From an uncultured Acidobacteriaceae bacterium (GTDB lineage: Bacteria; Acidobacteriota; Terriglobia; Bryobacterales; Bryobacteraceae), in NCBI GenBank assembly GCA_963838245.1, contig CAWIQM010000003.1:303055-367054 (forward strand): 64,000 bases of DNA, written 5' to 3'. Below, piece by piece: positions 1 through 9,497 of the stretch (position 1 is the stretch's first letter; each line of letters opens with the position of its first letter). A program made the position numbers and the translations under genes. The notes below the pieces were generated by a model, which did no database searches, was not told the DNA's origin, and saw only the letters and a program-made list of their open reading frames with translations.

Positions 1-658
1 TCTGCTTTAGCGCGTTGGAACGCCGCCAGATCCTCGGGCGGATATTCCTTGGTTGTGAAGATGGTCCAAAGCACGCACCCCAGAAACGCCACGGAGCCTA
101 TGTAGAAGGAAACGCGGGTGGTGTACGGGATGGCGTTCTGTGCTGCATTCGAGCCTTCGCCAATGGTGCGGGTCAGAATCCAGGGCATGGCCGAGGCGAT
201 CACCGCCCCGATACCGATGAACAGGCTTTGCATTGAGAATCCTTGCGTACGCTGGTCGGCTGGAAGCATGTCGGCAACGAATGCACGGAATGGCTCCATG
301 CTGATGTTGATGGAGGCATCGAGAATCCAAAGCAGGCCGGCAGCCATCCACAGACTGGAGGATTGCGGCATCAGGATCAGGGCAAATGAGCTGAGAAGTG
401 CCCCCGTCAGGAAGTAGGGGCGGCGGCGGCCGAGCCGGTTCCAGGTGTGATCACTGAGGTGGCCGACGATGGGCTGCACGAGAAGACCGGTGAGCGGCGC
501 AGCCAGCCAGAGAATGGGAATCTTGTCGGCCTTTGCTCCAAGATATTCGTAGATGGCGCTCATGTTGGCCATCTGGAGACCCCACCCGAACTGGATCCCC
601 AGAAAGCCGAAGCTCATATTCCAGATCTGCCAGTAGCTAAGACGTGGCTTTTCCACGT
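1..658 (-). CDS. GPH/MFS-type sugar:cation symporter (SLC45/sucrose-maltose transporter-like), 5' part only; gene continues past window start
   Basis: Reverse-complement translation from GTG at 658 gives VEKPRLSYWQIWNMSFGFLGIQFGWGLQMANMSAIYEYLGA...LSDHTWNRLGRRRPYFL..., i.e. the GPH motif region (GxLSD...GRRRP[YF]) and TM helices; no stop before position 1. Lies directly downstream of malQ on the same strand. Confidence 0.75.
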
Positions 659-694
659 GACCCCCTTCCTAACCCTCCGCGAGGGCTGCTTTGT

Positions 695-2227
695 TTAGTT
701 GGGAACACGGTCATATGTCACAGCACATTCTTTCAGACGTGCACGCAGGCCCGGTGAGAAGGCTTCGGGCAGCATGCGCCAGCGCCAGTTTCCACCCAAT
801 GTTCCCGGTTTATTCATCCGTGACTCCGCGCCCAGCCCGAGAATGTCCTGCATTGGCACAATCGCGGCGCGTGCTACGGAGGCGATGAGCGCGCGGATGA
901 GCGTCCAGTGCATCTCGGAGCCATCCGTATTCAGGTAGCGAAGCGCGAACGACTTCTCTTTTGCGACGTCCTCCGCGGTGCGTGTGCTATCGCCACCCTC
1001 GCTGTGCCACCAGCCGAGCACCGAGTCGTTGTCGTGCGTTCCGGTATAAGCGAACAGGTCCCGAACGTAGTTATGGGGCTTGAAGTCGGGCGCTTGCGGA
1101 TCTTTGCCGAATGCGAACTGAAGGATGGCCATGCCGGGGAAGCCGAACTCCTTGCGGATGGCCTCCACTTCGGGCGTAATGACTCCCAGGTTCTCGGCCA
1201 CGATTTCCAGGTCACCCAGTTGCGCGCGAACCACCCGGAACAAATCGGCGCCGGGGCCTGGCGCCCAACGGCCGTTGGTGGCGGTGGTTTCGCCTCCGGG
1301 AACCTCCCAATAGGCCTGGAAGCCCCGAAAGTGGTCGAGCCGAACCAGATCGAACAAGTGGAACGTGGCGCGGAAACGCTCAACCCACCATGAGTAGCCG
1401 CGCACCGCCATCTCTTTCCATCGGTAGATGGGGTTGCCCCATAGCTGGCCGGTAGCGCTGAAATAGTCCGGCGGGACTCCAGCCACAACGGTTGGTTCTC
1501 CGTGATCGTCGAGAAAGAAGTTCTGCGGGTTAGCCCACACGTCTGCGCTGTCATGCGCCACATAGATGGGAATATCGCCCATCACCTTGATGCCGCGATC
1601 GCGGCAATACGTGCGCAGGGTCTCCCATTGACGGAAGAACTCAAACTGCAGATACTTCTGGCATTCAATCGACCCGGCAAGCTTCGCCTTCCAGTCGGCC
1701 AGCGCTTTGGGAGTACGGGAAACCGTGTCGTCGTCCCACTCCGTCCAGACATGCTCAATACCGTTGAAGCGCTTTAGAGCAATAAAGAGGGCATAGTCAT
1801 CAAGCCACGCCGCGTGTCTGTCGCAGAACGTGTGAAATGACTGTAGTTGCTCAGGCTGCGCCTTCTGTTTGAAGTTGCGGTAGGCTCCCTCGAGCAAGCT
1901 GGTCTTCCAGTTGATCACGCGTCCGAACTCCACCTCAGTTCGGTCGAAGGCCGGCGCCGAGTCGAGATCGCGTTGCGCCAGGAACCCTTCGCGGACTAAC
2001 AACTCTGGAGCGATCAACAGTGGATTCCCAGCGAATGCGGAAAATAACTGATAGGGAGAATCGCCATAGCCCGTGGGTCCGAGCGGCAGCATCTGCCAAA
2101 TCGTCTGGCCGCAGTCGGCGAGCTGACCAACGAAACGATATGCTTCATCGCCCAAGTCACCGATGCCGAAGGGAGACGGTAGCGATGTGGGATGAAGCAA
2201 AATGCCGCTGCAGCGAGGCAAATTCAC
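695..2227 (-). CDS. malQ: 4-alpha-glucanotransferase (amylomaltase, GH77)
   Basis: 510-aa ORF; N-terminus SGILLHPTSLPSPFGIGDLG and the overall sequence are typical amylomaltase. Confidence 0.9.
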   Translation of the reverse strand: MNLPRCSGILLHPTSLPSPFGIGDLGDEAYRFVGQLADCGQTIWQMLPLGPTGYGDSPYQLFSAFAGNPLLIAPELLVREGFLAQRDLDSAPAFDRTEVEFGRVINWKTSLLEGAYRNFKQKAQPEQLQSFHTFCDRHAAWLDDYALFIALKRFNGIEHVWTEWDDDTVSRTPKALADWKAKLAGSIECQKYLQFEFFRQWETLRTYCRDRGIKVMGDIPIYVAHDSADVWANPQNFFLDDHGEPTVVAGVPPDYFSATGQLWGNPIYRWKEMAVRGYSWWVERFRATFHLFDLVRLDHFRGFQAYWEVPGGETTATNGRWAPGPGADLFRVVRAQLGDLEIVAENLGVITPEVEAIRKEFGFPGMAILQFAFGKDPQAPDFKPHNYVRDLFAYTGTHDNDSVLGWWHSEGGDSTRTAEDVAKEKSFALRYLNTDGSEMHWTLIRALIASVARAAIVPMQDILGLGAESRMNKPGTLGGNWRWRMLPEAFSPGLRARLKECAVTYDRVPN

Positions 2228-2399
2228 GAGACTACGTTATCAAAGCGGGCAGGAGCCGGAAGCTGTGACTGGAGAGATGTCACCATTTGGAGAAAGGCCG
2301 GGAGACCAGGTTTGAATTGAAGTACTGCGGTTTACTCGTACTCGGACCGGGTCGCGCTGATGCCTATGACGGTGGACGAGACCCTTGTCGCTCGATGAT

Positions 2400-4865
2400 C
2401 TATCGCGTCCTCACCGATCCCAAGTAGCGATCCAGCCAATCCAGGATGTCCTTCATGACGTCCAGCTGGCCGATTATGTTGTGTCCGCCATCGTAGAGCA
2501 AGTGTTTCTTGTCCTTCAGGGGAGTTCCCAACAGGCGAAACAGCGGACGCTGGCTCGACTCTAGCGGGAACAGGAAGTCGTCCCGCCCATTCAGCATGAG
2601 AACCGGAATACTCACCCGGGGTGCGAAATTCAGGGAGTCCACCTCGGCAGGAACTTTTTCAGCGGTTCCGCCTGAAATCAGGACCGCAACTTTGAATCGC
2701 GGCTCAACAGCAACTAGGCGGGGCCCCACCAAGGCGCCCAGACTGTGCCCGACGTAGGCAATTCGCTCCGTGTCGATATCCTTGCGAGTCTCCAGGTAGT
2801 CGAGAGATCGTGACAGATCTTTGGACCACTTGATATTCATCTCCCGCCACCGGTCCGGTTGTCCGAGCCAGTGATAGTATGCCCCTGGCCCTCGTTCGAG
2901 CGTGCCCTTGTATGCGGGCAGAATCAACGCCCGGCCGGATCGCACGATCAGTTCGCAGGGCTGTACACCGACCCCGAATGCCTCGATTGTCGGTGCGACG
3001 AGGGCGGTTGACCCAGGAAAGTACACGACCAATTGATAAGGCGGCAAGGCATTCCGGGGCAGGTATAGGTGGGCCACCACTCGCTCTTTTCCATACGCCG
3101 CTTCAAATGTGACCTTCTCTCTCCTCCAATACGGTGAATCCTCCTCGGCAGATTCTACAGCGGCTTTGAGATCTGTCTTATCGTAGGAATGCATGTCCCT
3201 GTAGATCCGGAAATCCCGATCGTCAGCTGGCTTGTCGCTCCTGCGGTCTCGGGCGACAAAGGTCACCTGCTGGCTCAAGGCCCCATACACAGGAGATTTG
3301 TACTTGGCGCACCGAAAGCCAAAGTCCGCGGCTCGCACGATGGGATAGCGGGCATCTGGGTAACCGAGTTGATAGTTAGGGTCCTTCCAGCCGCCCCCCA
3401 GGATGTACCGGTAGTTTCCCACCGGGTTCCAGCACCACTCCTTCACATTGCCCGCCATGTCGTAGGTTCCGAAGGGTCCCAGGCCGCCATAGGATTCAAC
3501 TTGCGCCGGGCCTCGGCCGGCGAAGTTGCTGAATCTGAGGACCTGAAAGAAGGTTCCAACCCCCAGCCCGGCGGCACGAAACCAGTGATGAACGGTGGGC
3601 AGGCTTTTCCCGGCAAACTCGGCGTACGCAGCCGCTTCGTACCAACTGACGCCGCCCACCGGATAATCGGCCTTCCCATCCGGATAGGCGCCTAGTTCCC
3701 AGGTGGCTGGCCCAGGTCTCCCGGAAGCGTCGCGGAACTCGGCCATGGCCTGCTCCCAAGACAGGGCATTGTTGTCCTTGATAAAGGGCTGCTTCCAGTA
3801 TTCCCGCTTCTGATATCCCCCCGCGTCGACAAACTCCTTGAATTTACGGTTGGTGACCTCATGCCGATCGATCCAGAAGTCCTCTAGTTCGTCCGGAAGG
3901 TTCGGAAATAACACGCCTCCGAACCCCTCCCGCCCAGTGCCAGGCACCCACACCATCCCAGCAGGCGTCGTTGCCTGAGTGTGGAGTTGCACTTCGATGA
4001 TCGTTCCCCCTTCGCGGCCAACCTCGAAGAGTCGTTCCACCGGTTCAAAACTGGACTTCACCACCCTGACCCGGTAATCACCCGAGGGGATCCGGACCGC
4101 ATTCAAGGGCGAACGCCCTAACAACTCCCAGCGTGGTGGGTCGCGGGCCTCCCCAGAGGCGTAATCCAGGATGAAAACCTCAGCTCCCGATGGAGCTGAA
4201 CGGATCGAAACCGGCTGTAGGGCCAGACTGTCCTTCGCTCGCACTTGTTCAGGCAGGCCAGGCGCGAATCGCGCGGCCTTTTCGAGTACTCGCAGGGCCG
4301 CCAGGGGCCGACCTTCTTTGGCCAGTCGAGCCACCTCCGGTATTGCCTCCCGCTCCGCCCAACGCACCCGTGATAAGTGAATGTACACCCACGCGCCGAG
4401 CATGCCTGCGGCAACGATCAGCAAAGATAGGATTCCCAGCAGCGCTGGCCCATGCGGTAGCTCACGCTTCCTGCCGTTCTGGCGCGCATCTGCAAACTGG
4501 GCGCGCTGTGGAGCGATGGAATTGTCGGTTCGCTCCACTTGCGTCAGAAAGCGGTAGCCGAATCGCGGCAGAGTCTCAATGAACTGCGGAGCCTCAGCCG
4601 AGTCCCCAAGCACCCGCCGGAGTTTGTTGACGGCGTGGTTCAGACTGTCGTCGAACTCGACAAACGTATCCGCAGCCCACAGCCGTGCGCGCAACTCCTC
4701 GCGCGTAACCACTTCACCGGGTCTTTCGATCAAGGCCTTGAGCACACCGAACGCCCTCGGCGGGAGTGCCAGCTTCAGATGATCTTTGTACAGTTCACCC
4801 GAGGTCAAGTCCACCTCGAACCCGCTAAAGGACATGCGTGGCGGCAGTTGGCCAGGGGCAGGCAT
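2400..4865 (-). CDS. membrane-anchored one-component regulator: CadC/OmpR-type winged-helix DNA-binding domain - TM helix - FGE/SUMF1-family domain - alpha/beta-hydrolase (S9/DLH-like) domain
   Basis: 844-aa ORF (2400..4934); likely start at MPAPGQ (4865) or MSFSGF (4835). N-term FSGFEVDL..LALPPRAFGVLKALIERPGEVVTREEL...ETLPRFGYRF is a trans_reg_C wHTH. One TM helix follows (LLGILSLLIVAAGMLGAWVYI). Then WIDRHEVTNRKF...GVSWYEAAAYAEFAGKSLPT...GNVKEWCWN is an FGE-sulfatase/SUMF1 fold. C-term carries the nucleophile elbow VGHSLGA of an alpha/beta hydrolase. Confidence 0.8.
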   Translation of the reverse strand: MPAPGQLPPRMSFSGFEVDLTSGELYKDHLKLALPPRAFGVLKALIERPGEVVTREELRARLWAADTFVEFDDSLNHAVNKLRRVLGDSAEAPQFIETLPRFGYRFLTQVERTDNSIAPQRAQFADARQNGRKRELPHGPALLGILSLLIVAAGMLGAWVYIHLSRVRWAEREAIPEVARLAKEGRPLAALRVLEKAARFAPGLPEQVRAKDSLALQPVSIRSAPSGAEVFILDYASGEARDPPRWELLGRSPLNAVRIPSGDYRVRVVKSSFEPVERLFEVGREGGTIIEVQLHTQATTPAGMVWVPGTGREGFGGVLFPNLPDELEDFWIDRHEVTNRKFKEFVDAGGYQKREYWKQPFIKDNNALSWEQAMAEFRDASGRPGPATWELGAYPDGKADYPVGGVSWYEAAAYAEFAGKSLPTVHHWFRAAGLGVGTFFQVLRFSNFAGRGPAQVESYGGLGPFGTYDMAGNVKEWCWNPVGNYRYILGGGWKDPNYQLGYPDARYPIVRAADFGFRCAKYKSPVYGALSQQVTFVARDRRSDKPADDRDFRIYRDMHSYDKTDLKAAVESAEEDSPYWRREKVTFEAAYGKERVVAHLYLPRNALPPYQLVVYFPGSTALVAPTIEAFGVGVQPCELIVRSGRALILPAYKGTLERGPGAYYHWLGQPDRWREMNIKWSKDLSRSLDYLETRKDIDTERIAYVGHSLGALVGPRLVAVEPRFKVAVLISGGTAEKVPAEVDSLNFAPRVSIPVLMLNGRDDFLFPLESSQRPLFRLLGTPLKDKKHLLYDGGHNIIGQLDVMKDILDWLDRYLGSVRTR

Positions 4866-5038
4866 GGCGCCATCCTTTTCCCGACACCAAGTATATCCCC
4901 GCGAGGAAATTGCCATTACGTGGCCGCCGGCCATCCTGATGCCCCCTGCCGGTGCCCGTTCACAGACATTTCAGGCAGTGGTCAGACGCCGTTCATTGTT
5001 CGCGTCGGGCCGCCTCCTTACGCTGAACGCAGGAGGGT

Positions 5039-5623
5039 TTGACGATGAACCGGAAAAACACATTCAGATTGAGCTTGGTTCTGGCCCTGACGGCAGGGGC
5101 GCTCCTCTTAACTGCTGCGCGTCCTTCACCGGCGCGGGCGCCGCAGCCGGGCAGAGCATTTCGAGCCGTCTGGTCTCTGAATTTGCCTACCCCGGAAATG
5201 CTCCTGCCGAGCGATACATGGGGCGGCCCGGTCTACGCCAGCCTCGACGGGGAGTCCCTCGTAGGCTTAGCGGCGGGCAACGACGGCAACGAAACCGATT
5301 ATCCATCGTTCTCGATCTTCAAGGACGGAGCTTATACGGTCTGCTTTGCGAAGTCGGTGGCTGCTGGGTGGGGTGGAGCGAGCGATTGCGCGGACAGCTT
5401 CACTTGGGAAGTCCCGCAGGCCTTCGTGACTTGGCCGGGCGCAGACGCGCTGGGCAGCTACACCGCCATGGCGAATATCGTGCGTGGAACCGGCCGATTC
5501 GCGTCTGCTTCGGGGCACGTGCACATTACATGCCCATTCATTCTTTGGACGCCGGACAACGGGACCAGTTGGTTCGGGCGGGGGAGCGCCGTAATCACCG
5601 GCACGATCTCCGGCGTCAAGTGA
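5039..5623 (+). CDS. secreted hypothetical protein (signal peptide)
   Basis: 194-aa ORF starting MTMNRKNTFRLSLVLALTAGALLLTAA (signal peptide); divergent from the regulator gene. The longer overlapping ORF 4786..7023 is an out-of-frame artefact across this region. Confidence 0.55.
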   Translation: MTMNRKNTFRLSLVLALTAGALLLTAARPSPARAPQPGRAFRAVWSLNLPTPEMLLPSDTWGGPVYASLDGESLVGLAAGNDGNETDYPSFSIFKDGAYTVCFAKSVAAGWGGASDCADSFTWEVPQAFVTWPGADALGSYTAMANIVRGTGRFASASGHVHITCPFILWTPDNGTSWFGRGSAVITGTISGVK

Positions 5624-5796
5624 CCGGCCTTTGCGGCCACGTTCCAGTTCGGTGCCGGCTCCGGACGGCCAATGGTGCCGGTCCGATTCGGAAGGCGACC
5701 CGGCCGCTCGTCGAAGTTACGGCGGGCGTGGCCATTCGTGGGAGATTGCCTCCCCGTTTCAGAGACGACGAATTGAACAACTTGAAAGGAGAAATC

Positions 5797-7023
5797 ATGA
5801 AACGCTCTACTGTCCTGGTATTGCTTCTGTATCCGTCTCTCGTATCCTCGGCTTGGGCCCAACCAGAGAATCCGCCCCGTTTCGACAGGCATCGCATCCA
5901 CGGCCGCTCGTCCGCGAGCCCAAGCGCGAACGGTGCGTGGGGTCGCCCTGACTTCAGCGCGGCGTCCTTCGCGGCTCATAACACCGTCTGGGACCTCGGT
6001 ACCTACCCGGGCGGAACTTGGGCTGAAGCGGGAGGGATCAACGACCTTAACGTCGCGGTGGCACAGGGTGACACCCCCTTCGACCCTCAGACCCACCTGT
6101 TCACAATTCAGCTGTCCGGCCCTAATGCGCCGCAATGGTCCGATCTTGGTCCAATGAACGCCTACGAAGGATGGTTCGGCTGGCCCTCTATTGCCAACAC
6201 CGGCCTGATTGCCGGTTACGCCGCGACGCCAGGCGGTGCTGTTCACGCCTTCCTCTGGGTGGGCAAGCACGCGACTGATCTTGGGACGCTCGCGGATATT
6301 GGGTACCCCTCCTATGACAACAGCGAGGCGGCCGCCGTGAACAAATGCGGCACGCTGATCGCCGGTGGCGCCAGTTCCAGCAGCGAACCGGGAGCGGGTC
6401 TTCCAGCGGTATGGAAACTCGATCCACGGACTCATGCCTGGAAAATTCACAAGCTGGACACGACAGGGTTCCCCTATGGTTTGGCATTGGGCGTAAATGA
6501 TTCTGGCCAAGTTGTCGGCGCTATCTATGACGATGCCGGCACTTATGTCGCCGCCCTTTGGAACCCAATCTCCGGCAAGGATGAGTGGAAGGCCATCAGG
6601 CTGCCGGGTTCCCTGGATTGGCCGGACGTCGCCATCGCTGGTGACATCAATGAGAAGGGCGAGATTGTAGGCGACGTTCTGTCGTTGGACTGGCTGTCCG
6701 GTTATAGCTCGCTCTGGCAACCGTTAGACCCGATGCGGGCGACCTACAAACTGACTCTGCTTCCCAACTACTACAACGGAGCGAACGGCGACACCGCGGA
6801 GGGCATCAACGACTTCGGTGATATCGTCGGCGGCTCGTGGGATAGGGACAGCACCCCACACGCAGCACGCTGGAGCGCCAAGGATACCAGCCTCGTTCAA
6901 CTGCTGGACTTCCCCGGAGACTACAGTGTCGCCTACAAAGTGAACGAAAGCCGGATCGTCACGGGATTGTACGGTGGTGGGCCGTGCGCAAACGACTGCG
7001 CCCGCGCCGTAAGGATACATTGA
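5797..7023 (+). CDS. secreted HAF-repeat family protein
   Basis: ATG at 5797 preceded by GGAG. Signal peptide MKRSTVLVLLLYPSLVSSAWAQ. Contains repeated units of the type DLGTL..G..S.A.GINDSGQVVG (HAF extracellular repeat). It is the 3' part of the reported long ORF 4786..7023. Confidence 0.75.
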   Translation: MKRSTVLVLLLYPSLVSSAWAQPENPPRFDRHRIHGRSSASPSANGAWGRPDFSAASFAAHNTVWDLGTYPGGTWAEAGGINDLNVAVAQGDTPFDPQTHLFTIQLSGPNAPQWSDLGPMNAYEGWFGWPSIANTGLIAGYAATPGGAVHAFLWVGKHATDLGTLADIGYPSYDNSEAAAVNKCGTLIAGGASSSSEPGAGLPAVWKLDPRTHAWKIHKLDTTGFPYGLALGVNDSGQVVGAIYDDAGTYVAALWNPISGKDEWKAIRLPGSLDWPDVAIAGDINEKGEIVGDVLSLDWLSGYSSLWQPLDPMRATYKLTLLPNYYNGANGDTAEGINDFGDIVGGSWDRDSTPHAARWSAKDTSLVQLLDFPGDYSVAYKVNESRIVTGLYGGGPCANDCARAVRIH

Positions 7024-7050
7024 ATCGCGAGTAACCCGACCCGTGGAGAT

Positions 7051-7300
7051 CCGCAGGGAATTCCCGGCATATGCGGAGAACAACTGATGGGGAGAATCGC
7101 CATAGCCCGTGGGTCCGAGCGGCAGCATCTGCCAAGTCGTCTGGCCGCAGTCGGCGAGCTGACCAACGAAACGATATGCTTCATCACCCAAGTCTCCTAT
7201 CCCAAAGGCGGACGGCAGGGATGTGGGATGAAGAAGAATGCCGCTGCAGCGAGGCAAATTCACGAGACTACGTTATCAAAGCGAGTGGCCGGCGGGAGGC
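7051..7300 (-). pseudogene. duplicated fragment of malQ 5' end plus its upstream region (remnant)
   Basis: Nucleotides ~7051-7286 align at roughly 90% identity with ~2022-2245 (malQ promoter plus first ~65 codons) in the same orientation. Encodes MNLPRCSGILLHPTSLPSAFGIGDLGDEAYRFVGQLADCGQTTWQMLPLGPTGYGDSPHQLFSAYAGN, then diverges into the antisense of the HAF gene (ORF 6724..7263). Confidence 0.8.
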
Positions 7301-7386
7301 GGGATGAGGAAAAGGGGCTTTGCCACGTAATGAAACTCTGGTTCGTGTACGTCGCTGGTTTTCTTTGGTAGGGCTGCGGACAGAAC

Positions 7387-7463
<77 letters not shown>

Positions 7464-7560
7464 CCACCCCGCAACTACATCTTAACAAACCCAGGCTGCG
7501 GCGCTTAAGGAAGCGCGTCGTGCCCGCTTATCGAGCTGATAATACGTCGTTTTCCGTCCG

Positions 7561-8352
7561 TTAACGGATCATGGAGAAGCTAAGGGGGCCCAGGAGGACG
7601 TTGCTGATATTCGACACAATTTCAGCGTCTGAAAGGCCGGGCCTGGAGCGTAGCTTCTTCCAGTCCGGATCGGTAACGAAGGCATGCCACAGCTTCTCCC
7701 GCGCCGCTAGGTCGTCGAACGAAAGCATGTAGGTCAAGCTCGGTTGCCGCGGTCCGACCAGCGTCTCCCCGAAGAAGATCGGCCGCAATCCGACGTGCTG
7801 GAAAATGGCAATCTCGCCACCGTTGAACATGGCGATCTTCCTGGCCAGGGTGGCTTGGGTATGGGATTCGTACGTCCTGAGTTCGAAGAGGCGCGGAGGA
7901 CGTTTGTCATTCGGATCCGCTAAGGCCGCTTCCGGCATTCCGTCAAAGCTGCGCAGCAGCGCGCTGTCGATGCGAACGTAGGGGAACCCATTCTCCGGGC
8001 TGAGTGCGGCCAGCTCCTTTTGGTAGGTCTCGTCGGCGCCCAATCTTGCGAGAGTCTCCTGAAACACGGCCAGGGAGGCGTATTGAGTAATCGTCAAAAA
8101 GTAGGGTCCGTCGGGGCCAATTTCGTTCTTAAAGGCGCCGATCAGTTTGGCGCCCGCGCGAGCGAGCGCGGGTTGTTTCGACGCCCGGAGAAAATCGGAA
8201 AGACGGCTGGCTTGATCTTCAAAGCTGTTGTGCAGCCGGTAGGTTTGAAGCTCCAGAAACGAATTCGCCGCACCGCCTGGAGTTTGGGCAAAGGAGGAAA
8301 GATTAGTCATCGTGGAAGCGGCCAAACCGGCCAGCAGATTTCGTCGGTTCAT
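7561..8352 (-). CDS. Tat-exported NIPSNAP-family protein (tandem dimeric alpha/beta-barrel domains)
   Basis: 263-aa ORF; twin-arginine signal MNRRNLLAGLAAS; two LELQTYRL / FELRTYES repeats typical of NIPSNAP. Confidence 0.55.
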   Translation of the reverse strand: MNRRNLLAGLAASTMTNLSSFAQTPGGAANSFLELQTYRLHNSFEDQASRLSDFLRASKQPALARAGAKLIGAFKNEIGPDGPYFLTITQYASLAVFQETLARLGADETYQKELAALSPENGFPYVRIDSALLRSFDGMPEAALADPNDKRPPRLFELRTYESHTQATLARKIAMFNGGEIAIFQHVGLRPIFFGETLVGPRQPSLTYMLSFDDLAAREKLWHAFVTDPDWKKLRSRPGLSDAEIVSNISNVLLGPLSFSMIR

Positions 8353-9083
8353 TTCCTCGACTCTACAACAGAGTCACTTCCATCCCGGGCCGCCATCATA
8401 GTTTCGGGCCGGGAAAGCGGCAATCCTCCGAACCGGCGTTGCCGGCTACGAAATTCATCCAGGGCAGTGATCAAATCGCTTTCGCCGAAGTCGGGCCACA
8501 TGACTGGCGTGAAGTATAGCTCGGCATAAGCGGACTCCCAGAGCAGGAAGTCGCTGAGACGCTGTTCGCCGCCGGTGCGGATCAGCAGGTCCACGTCCGG
8601 GCTGTCAAACCGCTCGGTGAAGCAGGTTCGGTCGGGAAACGAGCCGATCGTCTCCCAGGCACGGAAAAGGGAATCACGGCTTGAATAATCGATCGCCAGC
8701 CGCACATGCAGACGGGTACCCCCATACGTGAAATGCTCGGCCTGTTCGATGGCCCGGCAGGCGCTAGCCGGGATGCGGTCGCGGCGGCCGATCACAGAAA
8801 GCCGGACGCCCTCCCGCACACAGGCTTCGAACTGGCGGCTCAAGTGGTGTTCGAGCAGCGCCATCAGGCCATTCACTTCAGCGGCAGGCCGTTTCCAATT
8901 GTCGGCAGAAAAAACGTAGACGGTGAGCGTGGTGATACCGAGTGGTGGAGCGGCGGTTACCACCCGCCGGAGTGCAATCTCGCCGGCGTGATGGCCGGCC
9001 AAGCGTGGTAACCCTCGCTGCTGCGCCCAGCGGCCGTTGCCGTCCATGATGATTGCGACATGAAATGAAGTACTTTGTATCAT
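8349..9083 (-). CDS. uppS: isoprenyl transferase / undecaprenyl-diphosphate synthase
   Basis: HVAIIMDGNGRWA motif and overall length (244 aa). Confidence 0.85.
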   Translation of the reverse strand: MIQSTSFHVAIIMDGNGRWAQQRGLPRLAGHHAGEIALRRVVTAAPPLGITTLTVYVFSADNWKRPAAEVNGLMALLEHHLSRQFEACVREGVRLSVIGRRDRIPASACRAIEQAEHFTYGGTRLHVRLAIDYSSRDSLFRAWETIGSFPDRTCFTERFDSPDVDLLIRTGGEQRLSDFLLWESAYAELYFTPVMWPDFGESDLITALDEFRSRQRRFGGLPLSRPETMMAARDGSDSVVESRK

Positions 9084-9104
9084 AAAGTCTCCTCACAAAA
9101 AATT

Positions 9105-9497
9105 TTACCTATCCCGCATGGCGTGGATGAGAGCCTCCATGTGGTCCAGGTATCGTTCCAGGGCTTTCCGACCGGCCACGGTCAAGCCGTATTCCGTCTT
9201 TGGCATTCGGCCCTCAAACGACTTTGTGCACGTCACGTACTGCGCCTCTTCCAGCCGGCGGGCATGCACACTCAGGTTGCCATCCGTGGTTCGCAGCAGT
9301 TTTTTCAACTCGTTGAAGGTCAAGGTGTCGTTAACGGCAAGCGCGCTGACGATGCCCAGCCGCATCCGCTCGTGGATAATCCGGTCTAGATGCGGGAGCG
9401 CATTCTCAACCGACGACTGGTCGGCCTTCACGGGCTTAGCGGAGCGGTTCTTGCCGGAGACCACGTCATTGCTCCGGGCGGCACTGGATTTAGCCAC
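9105..9497 (-). CDS. winged-helix transcriptional regulator (HTH_34-like)
   Basis: 130 aa; IHERMRLGIVSAL..LTFNELKKLL..TDGNLSVHARRLEEAQYV..KSFEGRMPKTEYGLT matches the HTH_34 winged-helix family pattern. Confidence 0.6.
   Translation of the reverse strand: MAKSSAARSNDVVSGKNRSAKPVKADQSSVENALPHLDRIIHERMRLGIVSALAVNDTLTFNELKKLLRTTDGNLSVHARRLEEAQYVTCTKSFEGRMPKTEYGLTVAGRKALERYLDHMEALIHAMRDR

Noticed and set aside
5458-6720. 420-aa minus-strand ORF antisense to the HAF gene
   Set aside because: Typical GC-rich antisense ORF; no domain-like sequence, overlaps two well-supported plus-strand genes.
4786-7023. 745-aa ORF spanning the regulator-secreted-protein intergenic region
   Set aside because: N-terminal two-thirds is the out-of-frame or antisense shadow of real genes in a high-GC sequence. 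Only the portion from ATG 5797 (signal peptide, RBS) is the real HAF-protein CDS. The 5039-5623 gene is in a different frame.
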